IMG/VR virus record: IMGVR_UViG_2667527898_000008
Span: 1-7,803 of that record
From: a virus
Taxonomy: Duplodnaviria > Heunggongvirae > Uroviricota > Caudoviricetes
Direction: 5' to 3' (one strand)
Length of the DNA stretch: 7,803 nucleotides
Shown here: positions 1 to 6,738 of the stretch, piece by piece
Layout: each line of letters starts with the position of its first letter
Position numbering within the stretch: the first letter of the stretch is position 1
The notes under the pieces: model-generated
Told to the model about the DNA's origin: nothing
Seen by the model: the letters and a program-made list of their open reading frames with translations, nothing else
Database searches by the model: none
Made by a program: the position numbers and the translations under genes

Positions 1-159
1 AATCAGAACAATCACGTGGTGATTCAGAACGACGGCCCCAACGGGCGGGCAGAGCCGCAGCTGATGAAAGCGGTGTATGAGATGGCCCGCAAGGGGGCAC
101 AGGATGAACTCCGGCTGCAGTTGCGTGATGGCGGTATGTTATCAGGGAGCGGTGGATGA
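1..159 (+). CDS. H: Tail tape measure protein, C-terminal fragment (5' end lies outside the window)
   Basis: Frame 1 is open from position 1 to a TGA at 157-159 (52 codons, ...LRLQLRDGGMLSGSGG*). It sits immediately upstream of M, where lambda has H, and its stop overlaps the M start (ATGA at 156-159). Identity is by synteny only, not by recognised sequence. Confidence 0.7.
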   Translation, partial: NQNNHVVIQNDGPNGRAEPQLMKAVYEMARKGAQDELRLQLRDGGMLSGSGG

Positions 160-485
160 AAACCTTTCGCTGGAAAGTGAAGCCGGATATGGAGGTGAAC
201 TCGCAGCCATCGGTGCGTGAAGTGCGTTTTGGTGACGGGTACTCACAGCGTATGGCGGCAGGGCTGAATGCTGACCTGAAAACATACCGGGTGATGCTTT
301 CCGTGACCCGGGAGGAGGCCCGGCATCTGGAAGCGTTTCTGGCAGAGCACGGTGGCTGGAAGGCATTTTTGTGGAAGCCACCCTATGCATACCGGCAGAT
401 AAAGGTGACCTGTGCCGGGTGGTCTGCGCGGGTCGGGATGTTGCGCGTTGAGTTCAGCGCGGAGTTTAAGCAGGTGGTGAACTGA
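156..485 (+). CDS. M: Minor tail protein M (tail tip assembly)
   Basis: 109-aa ORF, the same length as lambda gpM and recognisably similar from memory (MKTFRWKVKPDMEV...). SD-like GGGAG lies upstream. The start overlaps the H stop and the stop overlaps the L start. Confidence 0.9.
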   Translation: MKTFRWKVKPDMEVNSQPSVREVRFGDGYSQRMAAGLNADLKTYRVMLSVTREEARHLEAFLAEHGGWKAFLWKPPYAYRQIKVTCAGWSARVGMLRVEFSAEFKQVVN

Positions 486-1183
486 TGCAGGATATTCACG
501 AAGAAAGTCTGAACGAGTCGGTTAAATCAGAGCAGTCACCGCGGGTGGTACTCTGGGAAATCGACCTGACGGTACAGGGCGGTGAGCGGTATTTTTTCTG
601 TAATGAGCTGAATGAAAAAGGGGAGCCGGTCACCTGGCAGGGGCGTAAGTATGAGGCATACCCGATTGACGGCAGCGGTTTTGAGATGAACGGCCGGGGC
701 AGCAGTGCCAGACCGTCGCTGACGGTGTCCAATCTGTTCGGTCTGGTCACCGGGATGGCGGAGGATTTGCAGAGCCTGGTGGGGGCCACGGTGGTCCGCC
801 GCCGGGTGTATGCCCGTTTTCTGGATGCGGTGAATTTCGTTGCGGGCAATCCGGAAGCGGACCCGGAGCAGGAGCTGAGTGACCGCTGGGTGGTGGAGCA
901 GATGTCGCAGCTGACAGCCATGACGGCCTCGTTTGTGCTGGCCACACCGACCGAGACGGACGGGGCGCTGTTTCCCGGTCGTATCATGCTGGCGAACACC
1001 TGTATGTGGACCTACCGCTCTGATGAGTGTGGTTACACGGGCGGGGCTGTGGCGGATGAGTTCGATAAACCCACCACGGATATCCGTAAGGACAGATGCA
1101 GCAAGTGCATGCGCGGGTGTGAACTGCGCAGGAATGTCGGCAATTTTGGCGGTTTCCTTTCCATTAATAAACTTTCGCAGTAA
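485..1183 (+). CDS. L: Minor tail protein L (tail tip assembly)
   Basis: 232-aa ORF, the same length as lambda gpL, with a Cys-rich C-terminus (C173, C182, C205, C208, C212) as expected for the Fe-S-binding gpL. The ATG overlaps the M stop in TGATG (483-487). Confidence 0.9.
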   Translation: MQDIHEESLNESVKSEQSPRVVLWEIDLTVQGGERYFFCNELNEKGEPVTWQGRKYEAYPIDGSGFEMNGRGSSARPSLTVSNLFGLVTGMAEDLQSLVGATVVRRRVYARFLDAVNFVAGNPEADPEQELSDRWVVEQMSQLTAMTASFVLATPTETDGALFPGRIMLANTCMWTYRSDECGYTGGAVADEFDKPTTDIRKDRCSKCMRGCELRRNVGNFGGFLSINKLSQ

Positions 1184-1188
1184 ATCCC

Positions 1189-1932
1189 ATGACACAGACT
1201 GAATCAGCGATTCTGGCGCATGCCCGGCGGTGTGCGCCTGCGGAGTCGTGCGGCTTCGTGATAAGCACGCCGGAGGGCAACCAGTACCAGCCGTGCGTGA
1301 ATATCTCTGCAGAGCCTGAGGCGTATTTTCGTATCGCACCGGAAGACTGGCTGCGGGCAGAGATGCAGGGGGAGATTGTGGCACTGGTCCACAGTCATCC
1401 CGGTGGACTGCCCTGGCTGAGCGAGGCCGACCGGCGGCTGCAGATAAAAAGCGCACTGCCCTGGTGGCTGGTCAGCCGGGGTGACATTCACAAATTCCGC
1501 TGCGTTCCGCACCTGACGGGACGGCGCTTTGCGCACGGGGTGACGGACTGTTACACGCTGTTCCGGGATGCATACCATCTGGCAGGCATTGATATGCCGG
1601 ATTTTCATCGCGGGGATGACTGGTGGTGCAACGGTCAGAACCTTTACCTGGACAATATGGAGGCAACGGGCTTTTACCGGGTGCCCCTGTCCTCTGCACT
1701 GCCGGGCGATATCCTGCTGTGCTGCTTCGGCGCATCGGTGGCTAATCATGCCGCCATTTACTGCGGCAACGGTGAGCTGCTTCACCATCTGCCTGAACAG
1801 CTGAGTAAACGGGAGAGGTATTCCGAAAAATGGCAACGACGAACGCATTCTGTCTGGCGTCACCGCCACTGGCACGCATCTGCCTTCACGGGGATTTACA
1901 ACGATTTGGCCGCCGCCTCAGCCTGTATGTGA
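1189..1932 (+). CDS. K: Tail tip assembly protein K (JAMM/MPN domain plus NlpC/P60-like domain)
   Basis: 247-aa ORF starting 5 nt after the L stop. A complete JAMM motif H-S-H-x7-S-x2-D is at residues 68-81 (HSHPGGLPWLSEAD, nt 1390-1431). An NlpC/P60-like candidate catalytic Cys is in TDCYTLF (C121, nt 1549-1551), with His residues downstream. The 3' 103 nt overlap gene I in another frame; the true 3' end or start may differ from this longest-ORF call. Confidence 0.87.
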   Translation: MTQTESAILAHARRCAPAESCGFVISTPEGNQYQPCVNISAEPEAYFRIAPEDWLRAEMQGEIVALVHSHPGGLPWLSEADRRLQIKSALPWWLVSRGDIHKFRCVPHLTGRRFAHGVTDCYTLFRDAYHLAGIDMPDFHRGDDWWCNGQNLYLDNMEATGFYRVPLSSALPGDILLCCFGASVANHAAIYCGNGELLHHLPEQLSKRERYSEKWQRRTHSVWRHRHWHASAFTGIYNDLAAASACM

Positions 1933-2510
1933 ACACGGCAGCGGAAGCCATCCGCGCACTGTCGATGCAGGTGCCGGGCTTTCGCCGTCAGATGAACGAA
2001 GGCTGGTACCAGATACGCATTGCCGGTGAGGATACGGCACCGGAGGCGGTGTATGCCCGCCTTCACGAACCACTGAGTGAGGGAACGGTTATCCATATTG
2101 TGCCGCGACTGGCCGGGGCCGGAAAGGGTGGACTGCAGATTGTGCTGGGGGCGGCAGCCATCGTGGGCTCTTTCCTCACTGCCGGTGCCTCGATGGCGTT
2201 ATGGGGTACAGCCCTGAGTGCCGGCGGTTTTTCTGCCACCACGATGCTGTTTTCACTGGGGGCCAGCATGATTCTGGGGGGTGTGGCCCAGATGCTGGCC
2301 CCGAAGGCAAAAACACCGGATTACCGCGCAACGGATAACGGCAGACAGAACACGTATTTTTCGTCACTGGACAACATGATTGCCCAGGGTAACCCGATGC
2401 CGGTGCCTTACGGGGAAATGCTGGTTGGCTCCCGCCGTATATCCCAGGACATCAGTACCCGTGATGAAGGCGGGTGCGGAAAGGTCGTGGTTATCGGGCG
2501 GCAGGGGTAA
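1830..2510 (+). CDS. I: Tail tip assembly protein I
   Basis: 226-aa ORF whose N-terminus (MATTNAFCLASPPLARICLHGDLQRF...) and Gly/Ala-rich hydrophobic middle match my recollection of lambda gpI. SD-like GGGAGAGG is at 1811-1818. It lies between K and J. Confidence 0.87.
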   Translation: MATTNAFCLASPPLARICLHGDLQRFGRRLSLYVNTAAEAIRALSMQVPGFRRQMNEGWYQIRIAGEDTAPEAVYARLHEPLSEGTVIHIVPRLAGAGKGGLQIVLGAAAIVGSFLTAGASMALWGTALSAGGFSATTMLFSLGASMILGGVAQMLAPKAKTPDYRATDNGRQNTYFSSLDNMIAQGNPMPVPYGEMLVGSRRISQDISTRDEGGCGKVVVIGRQG

Positions 2511-2517
2511 AAAGAAT

Positions 2518-2552
2518 AAAAAAAATCCCGCAGTGATCGCGGAGCTGCGGGG
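2518..2552 (-). terminator. Intrinsic (rho-independent) terminator for minus-strand transcription
   Basis: On the minus strand a GC-rich hairpin (2527-2533 CCCGCAG pairing with 2545-2551 CTGCGGG, 7 bp, possible extra G-U pair, 9-11 nt loop) is followed by eight U (plus-strand A8 at 2518-2525) and a further U-rich tail. On the plus strand there is no U tract after the hairpin, so it is unidirectional. Confidence 0.6.
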
Positions 2553-2612
2553 ACAGACAAAGATTAGAGTTAAGGAGTTGTTTTTGTTACTCGGGCAAAA
2601 AAACACTAACGC
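2518..2612 (-). ncRNA. Candidate small non-coding RNA (~95 nt) between promoter and terminator, antisense to the I-J intergenic part of the late transcript
   Basis: Defined only by the minus-strand promoter (2619-2646) and terminator (2518-2552). Predicted RNA: GCGUUAGUGUUUUUUUGCCCGAGUAACAAAAACAACUCCUUAACUCUAAUCUUUGUCUGUCCCCGCAGCUCCGCGAUCACUGCGGGAUUUUUUUU. It has no AUG and no purine-rich SD. A 5' stem is possible (UGUUUUU with AAAAACA), followed by a CU-rich single-stranded stretch containing CUCCUUA. No homology to a known RNA family was established. Confidence 0.4.
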
Positions 2613-2618
2613 AGCGAA

Positions 2619-2646
2619 ATTATACGCGCCACAGTCAGTTTGTGAA
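2619..2646 (-). promoter_or_regulatory. Sigma70-type promoter on the minus strand (-35 TTCACA, 16-bp spacer, -10 TATAAT)
   Basis: Minus-strand reading: TTCACA (plus 2641-2646), 16 bp, TATAAT (plus 2619-2624). The -10 is a perfect consensus and the -35 matches 5 of 6. Predicted start site is near plus coordinate 2611-2613. It lies in an AT-rich island flanked by GC-rich tail genes. Confidence 0.5.
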
Positions 2647-2718
2647 AATGTGAAGATATTCAGAATTTTTATGCCATTACCGGTTTTTACCAACAGGATT
2701 ATCGGTGGACATGAAAGA

Positions 2719-2754
2719 AAACCCCGGTATCTGCTGATACCGGGGTTTCTCTTT
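2719..2754. terminator. Perfect palindrome hairpin flanked by an A tract and a T tract; candidate bidirectional intrinsic terminator
   Basis: CCCCGGTATC (2722-2731), loop TGCT, GATACCGGGG (2736-2745) forms a 10-bp perfect stem, extendable to 13 bp with the flanking AAA and TTT. It is followed by TTTCTCTTT on the plus strand and preceded by AAAGAAAA, which gives a U-rich tail on the minus strand as well. Confidence 0.5.
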
Positions 2755-2851
2755 AGCATGGCAGAAATGTGTTTCATGCTTTTCGGGCGAAGGATATCCG
2801 ACTTCTGTACGGAATGGCAAGTGGCGGTTAATTTATTCAGGGGAAGGCTGT

Positions 2852-5800
2852 ATGGGAAAAGGTGGCGGTAAGGCACACACGCCTCGTGAGGCGAAGGATA
2901 ATCTCAAATCCACGCAGATGATGAGCGTGATTGATGCGGTTGGTGAGGGACCGATAGAAGGCCCGGTGAAGGGACTGCAGAGTATCCTGGTGAACAAAAC
3001 CCCGCTGACGGACACGGACGGTAATCCCGTGATACACGGTGTGACGGCGGTCTGGCGCGCCGGGGAGCAGGAGCAGACACCACCGGAAGGCTTTGAGTCC
3101 TCCGGAGCTGAAACTGTACTGGGCGTGGAAGTGACGAAGGCAAAACCGGTGACGCGCACCATTACGTCCGCGAACATTGACCGCCTGCGGGTTACCTTCG
3201 GGGTGCAGTCACTGGTGCAGACCACGTCAAAGGGTGACCGAAACCCGACATCCGTCCGCCTGCTGATTCAGTTACAGCGTAACGGTAACTGGGTGACAGA
3301 AAAGGATGTCACCATTAACGGCAAGACCACCTCGCAGTTTCTGGCGTCGGTGATTCTGGATAATCTGCCTCCCCGTCCTTTTAACATCCGGATGGTCCGG
3401 GAGACGGCGGACAGCACCACGGACCAGTTGCAGAACAGAACACTCTGGTCATCGTACACCGAAATCATCGATGTGAAACAGTGCTACCCGAACACGGCGA
3501 TTGTGGGGCTGCAGGTGGATGCGGAGCAGTTCGGTGGTCAGCAGATGACGGTGAACTACCATATCCGCGGTCGCATCATCCAGGTGCCGTCAAACTATGA
3601 CCCGGAAAAACGCACCTACAGCGGTATCTGGGACGGCAGTCTGAAACCGGCATACAGCAACAACCCGGCCTGGTGCCTGTGGGACATGCTGACTCACCCG
3701 CGCTACGGGATGGGAAAACGCCTGGGGGCGGCGGATGTGGACAAGTGGGCGCTGTATGCCATCGGGCAGTACTGCGACCAGACGGTCCCGGATGGTTTCG
3801 GGGGCACAGAGCCGCGGATGACCTTTAATGCGTACCTGGCACAACAGCGTAAGGCGTGGGACGTTCTCAGTGATTTCTGCTCGGCGATGCGCTGTATGCC
3901 GGTATGGAACGGCCAGACGCTGACGTTCGTTCAGGACCGCCCGTCGGATGTGGTGTGGCCGTACACCAACAGCGATGTGGTGGTGGATGATAACGGCGTG
4001 GGGTTCCGCTACAGCTTCAGTGCCCTGAAGGACCGGCACACGGCGGTGGAGGTGAATTACACCGACCCGCAGAACGGCTGGCAGACCTCCACGGAACTGG
4101 TGGAAGACCCGGAAGCCATACTGCGCTACGGACGCAATCTGCTGAAGATGGATGCGTTTGGCTGTACCAGCCGCGGTCAGGCTCACCGTGCAGGTCTGTG
4201 GGTGATAAAGACCGAACTGCTGGAAACGCAGACGGTGGACTTCACGCTCGGGTCACAGGGGCTGCGTCACACACCGGGTGACATTATTGAAATCTGTGAT
4301 AACGACTATGCCGGGACTATGACCGGCGGACGTATCCTGTCCATTGATGCTGCCACCCGCACCCTGACGCTGGACCGTGAGGTTACCCTGCCGGAGACAG
4401 GTACATCGGCGGTGAACCTGATTAACGGCAGCGGTAAGCCGGTGAGTGTGGACATCACCGCACACCCCGCGCCGGACCGGATACAGGTCAGTACCCTGCC
4501 TGATGGTGTGGAGACATACGGTGTGTGGGGACTCTCCCTGCCGTCACTGCGCCGTCGCCTGTTCCGCTGTGTCTCCATCCGGGAAAACACGGACGGCACC
4601 TTTGCCATCACGGCGGTGCAGCACGTACCGGAAAAAGAAGCCATTGTGGATAACGGAGCCCGCTTTGAGCCGCAGTCAGGCACCCTGAACAGCGTTATCC
4701 CACCGGCAGTACAGCACCTCACGGTGGAGGTGAGCGCAGCTGACAGCCAGTATCTGGCGCTGGCGAAATGGGACACGCCGAGGGTGGTGAAGGGCGTGCG
4801 CTTCAGTCTGCGCCTGACCAGTGGAAGCGATGAGAACAGCCGCCTGCTGACCACCGCCATCACTGCCGATACGGAGCACCGTTTCAGTGGCCTGCCTCTC
4901 GGGGAATACACCCTGACGGTCAGGGCGATAAACAGCTACGGCCAGCAGGGCGAACCCGCCACCACCACGTTCCGGATTAACGCACCGGCAGCGCCTGCCG
5001 GTGTTGAACTGACGCCGGGGTATTTTCAGATAACGGCAGTCCCGAAACTGACCATTTATGACCCGACGGTGCAGTTTGAGTTCTGGTTTTCGGAGGCAAA
5101 AATTGCAGACGCCGCACAGGTGGAAACCTCTGCCCGTTATCTGGGGACCGGCAGTCAGTGGAGTGTCTCCGGTCCGCACATTAAGCCCGGAAAGGATTTC
5201 TGGTTTTATGTGCGCAGCGTCAACCTGGTGGGTAAATCTGCTTTTGTGGAAGCCAGTGGACGGGCGAGCAATGATGCTGCGGGCTATCTGGAGTTTTTCC
5301 GGGAAAAGATAGGAAAAACACATCTGGCAGAGGCGCTGTGGGCAGAGATTGACAACAGCAAGCTGAAGGACGAGATGGCGGAAATGCAGACCACCATCAC
5401 AGAAACCCGCAATGAAATCACGCAGACGGTCAGTAAAACGCTGGAGGACCAGAGCGCCACCATACAGCAGATACAGCGCGTGCAGAAGGACACAAATGAT
5501 GACCTTGCTGCACTTTACATGCTGAAGGTACAGAAAACAAAAAATGGCATACCCTATGTTGCCGGTATTGGAGCGGGGATTGAGGATACTGATGGCCAGC
5601 CCCTGAGCAACATACTGCTGCTGGCTGACCGTATTGCGATGATTAACCCGGAGGACGGCAACACCACGCCGTTATTTGTGGCGCAGGGGAATCAGTTGTT
5701 CATGAACGATGTGTTCCTGAAGCGGCTGTTTGCGGTGAGTATCACCTCGTCCGGCAATCCCCCTACGTTCTCCCTGACGCCGGAAGGCAGGCTGACGGCC

Positions 5801-6382
5801 CGTAATGCGGATATCAGCGGACATATCAGTGCGAACTCGGGCACGCTGAATAATGTCGTGATAGCGGAGAACTGTACCATCAAAGGTACTCTGAGAGCGG
5901 AAAATATCATTGGCGATGTGGTGAAAACGCACAATGTCAGTCTTCCTGATCTCAGGGCTGCAGGGGAGCACAGACACGCGACAGAACGAACGGTTACTGT
6001 CATTGATGATCAGTCGTTTGACCGGAATATTGTTATCCCGCCGGTTTTTTATTCCGGTATTATCTACAAAGGAAGTGATGGTGACGGTGCGACCTCAATC
6101 TGTACGCTGACGGTGAGTGTGAATGATCGGGTGGTGTTCAGCAAAACCTCATCCATCGGTACCAGGCGTACGTCAGGGGGATACCCCGTTCAGGAAGACA
6201 CCATATATCCCGGGTCATCCACTCCGTTCAGCTATTTCATGAGGATGGCGTCAGGGGGAGGTGATGTCAGGATCAAGTTCCGGATTGAGGTCATCTATTA
6301 TGGAACTGCACCGGGTTTTATGACCACAGGGATACAGATCACAACGATGAAGGCGTCAGCTTCAGGATTTGTGGAAAGTTAA
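2852..6382 (+). CDS. J: Tail tip host-specificity protein J (central tail fibre, receptor binding)
   Basis: 1176-aa ORF. The N-terminus ([22 protein letters not shown]...) and long internal stretches (for example [36 protein letters not shown] and [33 protein letters not shown]) match my recollection of lambda gpJ. SD GGAAGG is 4 nt upstream of the ATG. Size and position after I fit. Confidence 0.95.
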   Translation: MGKGGGKAHTPREAKDNLKSTQMMSVIDAVGEGPIEGPVKGLQSILVNKTPLTDTDGNPVIHGVTAVWRAGEQEQTPPEGFESSGAETVLGVEVTKAKPVTRTITSANIDRLRVTFGVQSLVQTTSKGDRNPTSVRLLIQLQRNGNWVTEKDVTINGKTTSQFLASVILDNLPPRPFNIRMVRETADSTTDQLQNRTLWSSYTEIIDVKQCYPNTAIVGLQVDAEQFGGQQMTVNYHIRGRIIQVPSNYDPEKRTYSGIWDGSLKPAYSNNPAWCLWDMLTHPRYGMGKRLGAADVDKWALYAIGQYCDQTVPDGFGGTEPRMTFNAYLAQQRKAWDVLSDFCSAMRCMPVWNGQTLTFVQDRPSDVVWPYTNSDVVVDDNGVGFRYSFSALKDRHTAVEVNYTDPQNGWQTSTELVEDPEAILRYGRNLLKMDAFGCTSRGQAHRAGLWVIKTELLETQTVDFTLGSQGLRHTPGDIIEICDNDYAGTMTGGRILSIDAATRTLTLDREVTLPETGTSAVNLINGSGKPVSVDITAHPAPDRIQVSTLPDGVETYGVWGLSLPSLRRRLFRCVSIRENTDGTFAITAVQHVPEKEAIVDNGARFEPQSGTLNSVIPPAVQHLTVEVSAADSQYLALAKWDTPRVVKGVRFSLRLTSGSDENSRLLTTAITADTEHRFSGLPLGEYTLTVRAINSYGQQGEPATTTFRINAPAAPAGVELTPGYFQITAVPKLTIYDPTVQFEFWFSEAKIADAAQVETSARYLGTGSQWSVSGPHIKPGKDFWFYVRSVNLVGKSAFVEASGRASNDAAGYLEFFREKIGKTHLAEALWAEIDNSKLKDEMAEMQTTITETRNEITQTVSKTLEDQSATIQQIQRVQKDTNDDLAALYMLKVQKTKNGIPYVAGIGAGIEDTDGQPLSNILLLADRIAMINPEDGNTTPLFVAQGNQLFMNDVFLKRLFAVSITSSGNPPTFSLTPEGRLTARNADISGHISANSGTLNNVVIAENCTIKGTLRAENIIGDVVKTHNVSLPDLRAAGEHRHATERTVTVIDDQSFDRNIVIPPVFYSGIIYKGSDGDGATSICTLTVSVNDRVVFSKTSSIGTRRTSGGYPVQEDTIYPGSSTPFSYFMRMASGGGDVRIKFRIEVIYYGTAPGFMTTGIQITTMKASASGFVES

Positions 6383-6703
6383 TCCCGGACGATCGTGATT
6401 GCCGGAAGGAGACAAAAACCGCACAGTATGCGCGGGTGCCTTTGGCTGATGGCCGGAGGGAACACCTGAAAGCCTGATGTGAAAAGGCCCCGAGTCAACT
6501 TCAATGTTAACCCGAGGCCCTGATCCGTCTATCTTAAGCAAGTGGCAGGTTAGCGCCTCTCCGTAATAAGGAGCAAGTGCTGTGTCGCAAAAACCACCGT
6601 GATTTGTATCACTGTAGTGCTCATTATCTGGATCACCCACCGTTCACTGTGTGAATTCCGGTTCCGGATAGCACCTTTTTAATCCTGTAAACCACGATTT
6701 TTA

Positions 6704-6738
6704 CCGCAGACCGGGAAACCGGCACTGCGGTTTTTTTT
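6704..6738 (+). terminator. Intrinsic terminator on the plus strand, immediately upstream of stf
   Basis: Two-tier hairpin: outer stem CCGCAG (6704-6709) with CTGCGG (6725-6730), inner stem CCGG with CCGG closing a GAAA tetraloop (6715-6718), followed by T8 (6731-6738). The minus-strand side is A-rich after the hairpin, so it is unidirectional. Confidence 0.65.

Noticed and set aside
1459-1467. Chi-like sequence CCTGGTGG
   Set aside because: It is one mismatch from the canonical Chi octamer GCTGGTGG. I found no exact Chi in either orientation by eye, though a systematic scan was not possible.
536-1875. Long minus-strand ORFs antisense to L and K (536-1456, 306 aa; 1204-1875, 223 aa; also 496-999 and 747-947)
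   Set aside because: They are entirely antisense to well-supported tail genes, Arg/Pro/Ala-rich as expected from high-GC antisense frames, with no RBS. Treated as artefacts.
2711-2737. 8-codon mini-ORF (ATG AAA GAA AAC CCC GGT ATC TGC TGA) overlapping the palindrome, as a possible leader peptide or attenuator
   Set aside because: There is no SD at a usable distance, and the hairpin is adequately explained as a terminator. No alternative antiterminator pairing was evident.
2380-2871. 163-aa plus-strand ORF spanning the I 3' end, the whole I-J island and the J start
   Set aside because: It begins inside gene I in another frame, has no RBS at its first ATG, runs through a perfect palindrome and a second hairpin, and overlaps the J start. 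A shorter TTG-initiated version is kept only as a low-confidence finding.
2364-2876. 170-aa minus-strand ORF across the I-J island
   Set aside because: It is antisense to both I and J at its ends, has no SD, and the only minus-strand promoter in the island (2619-2646) lies inside it, so most of the ORF could not be on its transcript. The promoter-to-terminator RNA has no AUG.
3590-5323. Minus-strand ORFs inside J (3590-4186, 4306-4911, 4676-5323) and other short internal ORFs
   Set aside because: They are antisense to the strongly supported J CDS, with low-complexity Arg-rich products and no translation signals.
6362-6640. 92-aa minus-strand ORF in the J-stf island
   Set aside because: It uses a GTG start with no upstream SD, overlaps the J stop, and its product has no recognisable features. 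Most likely a chance open frame.
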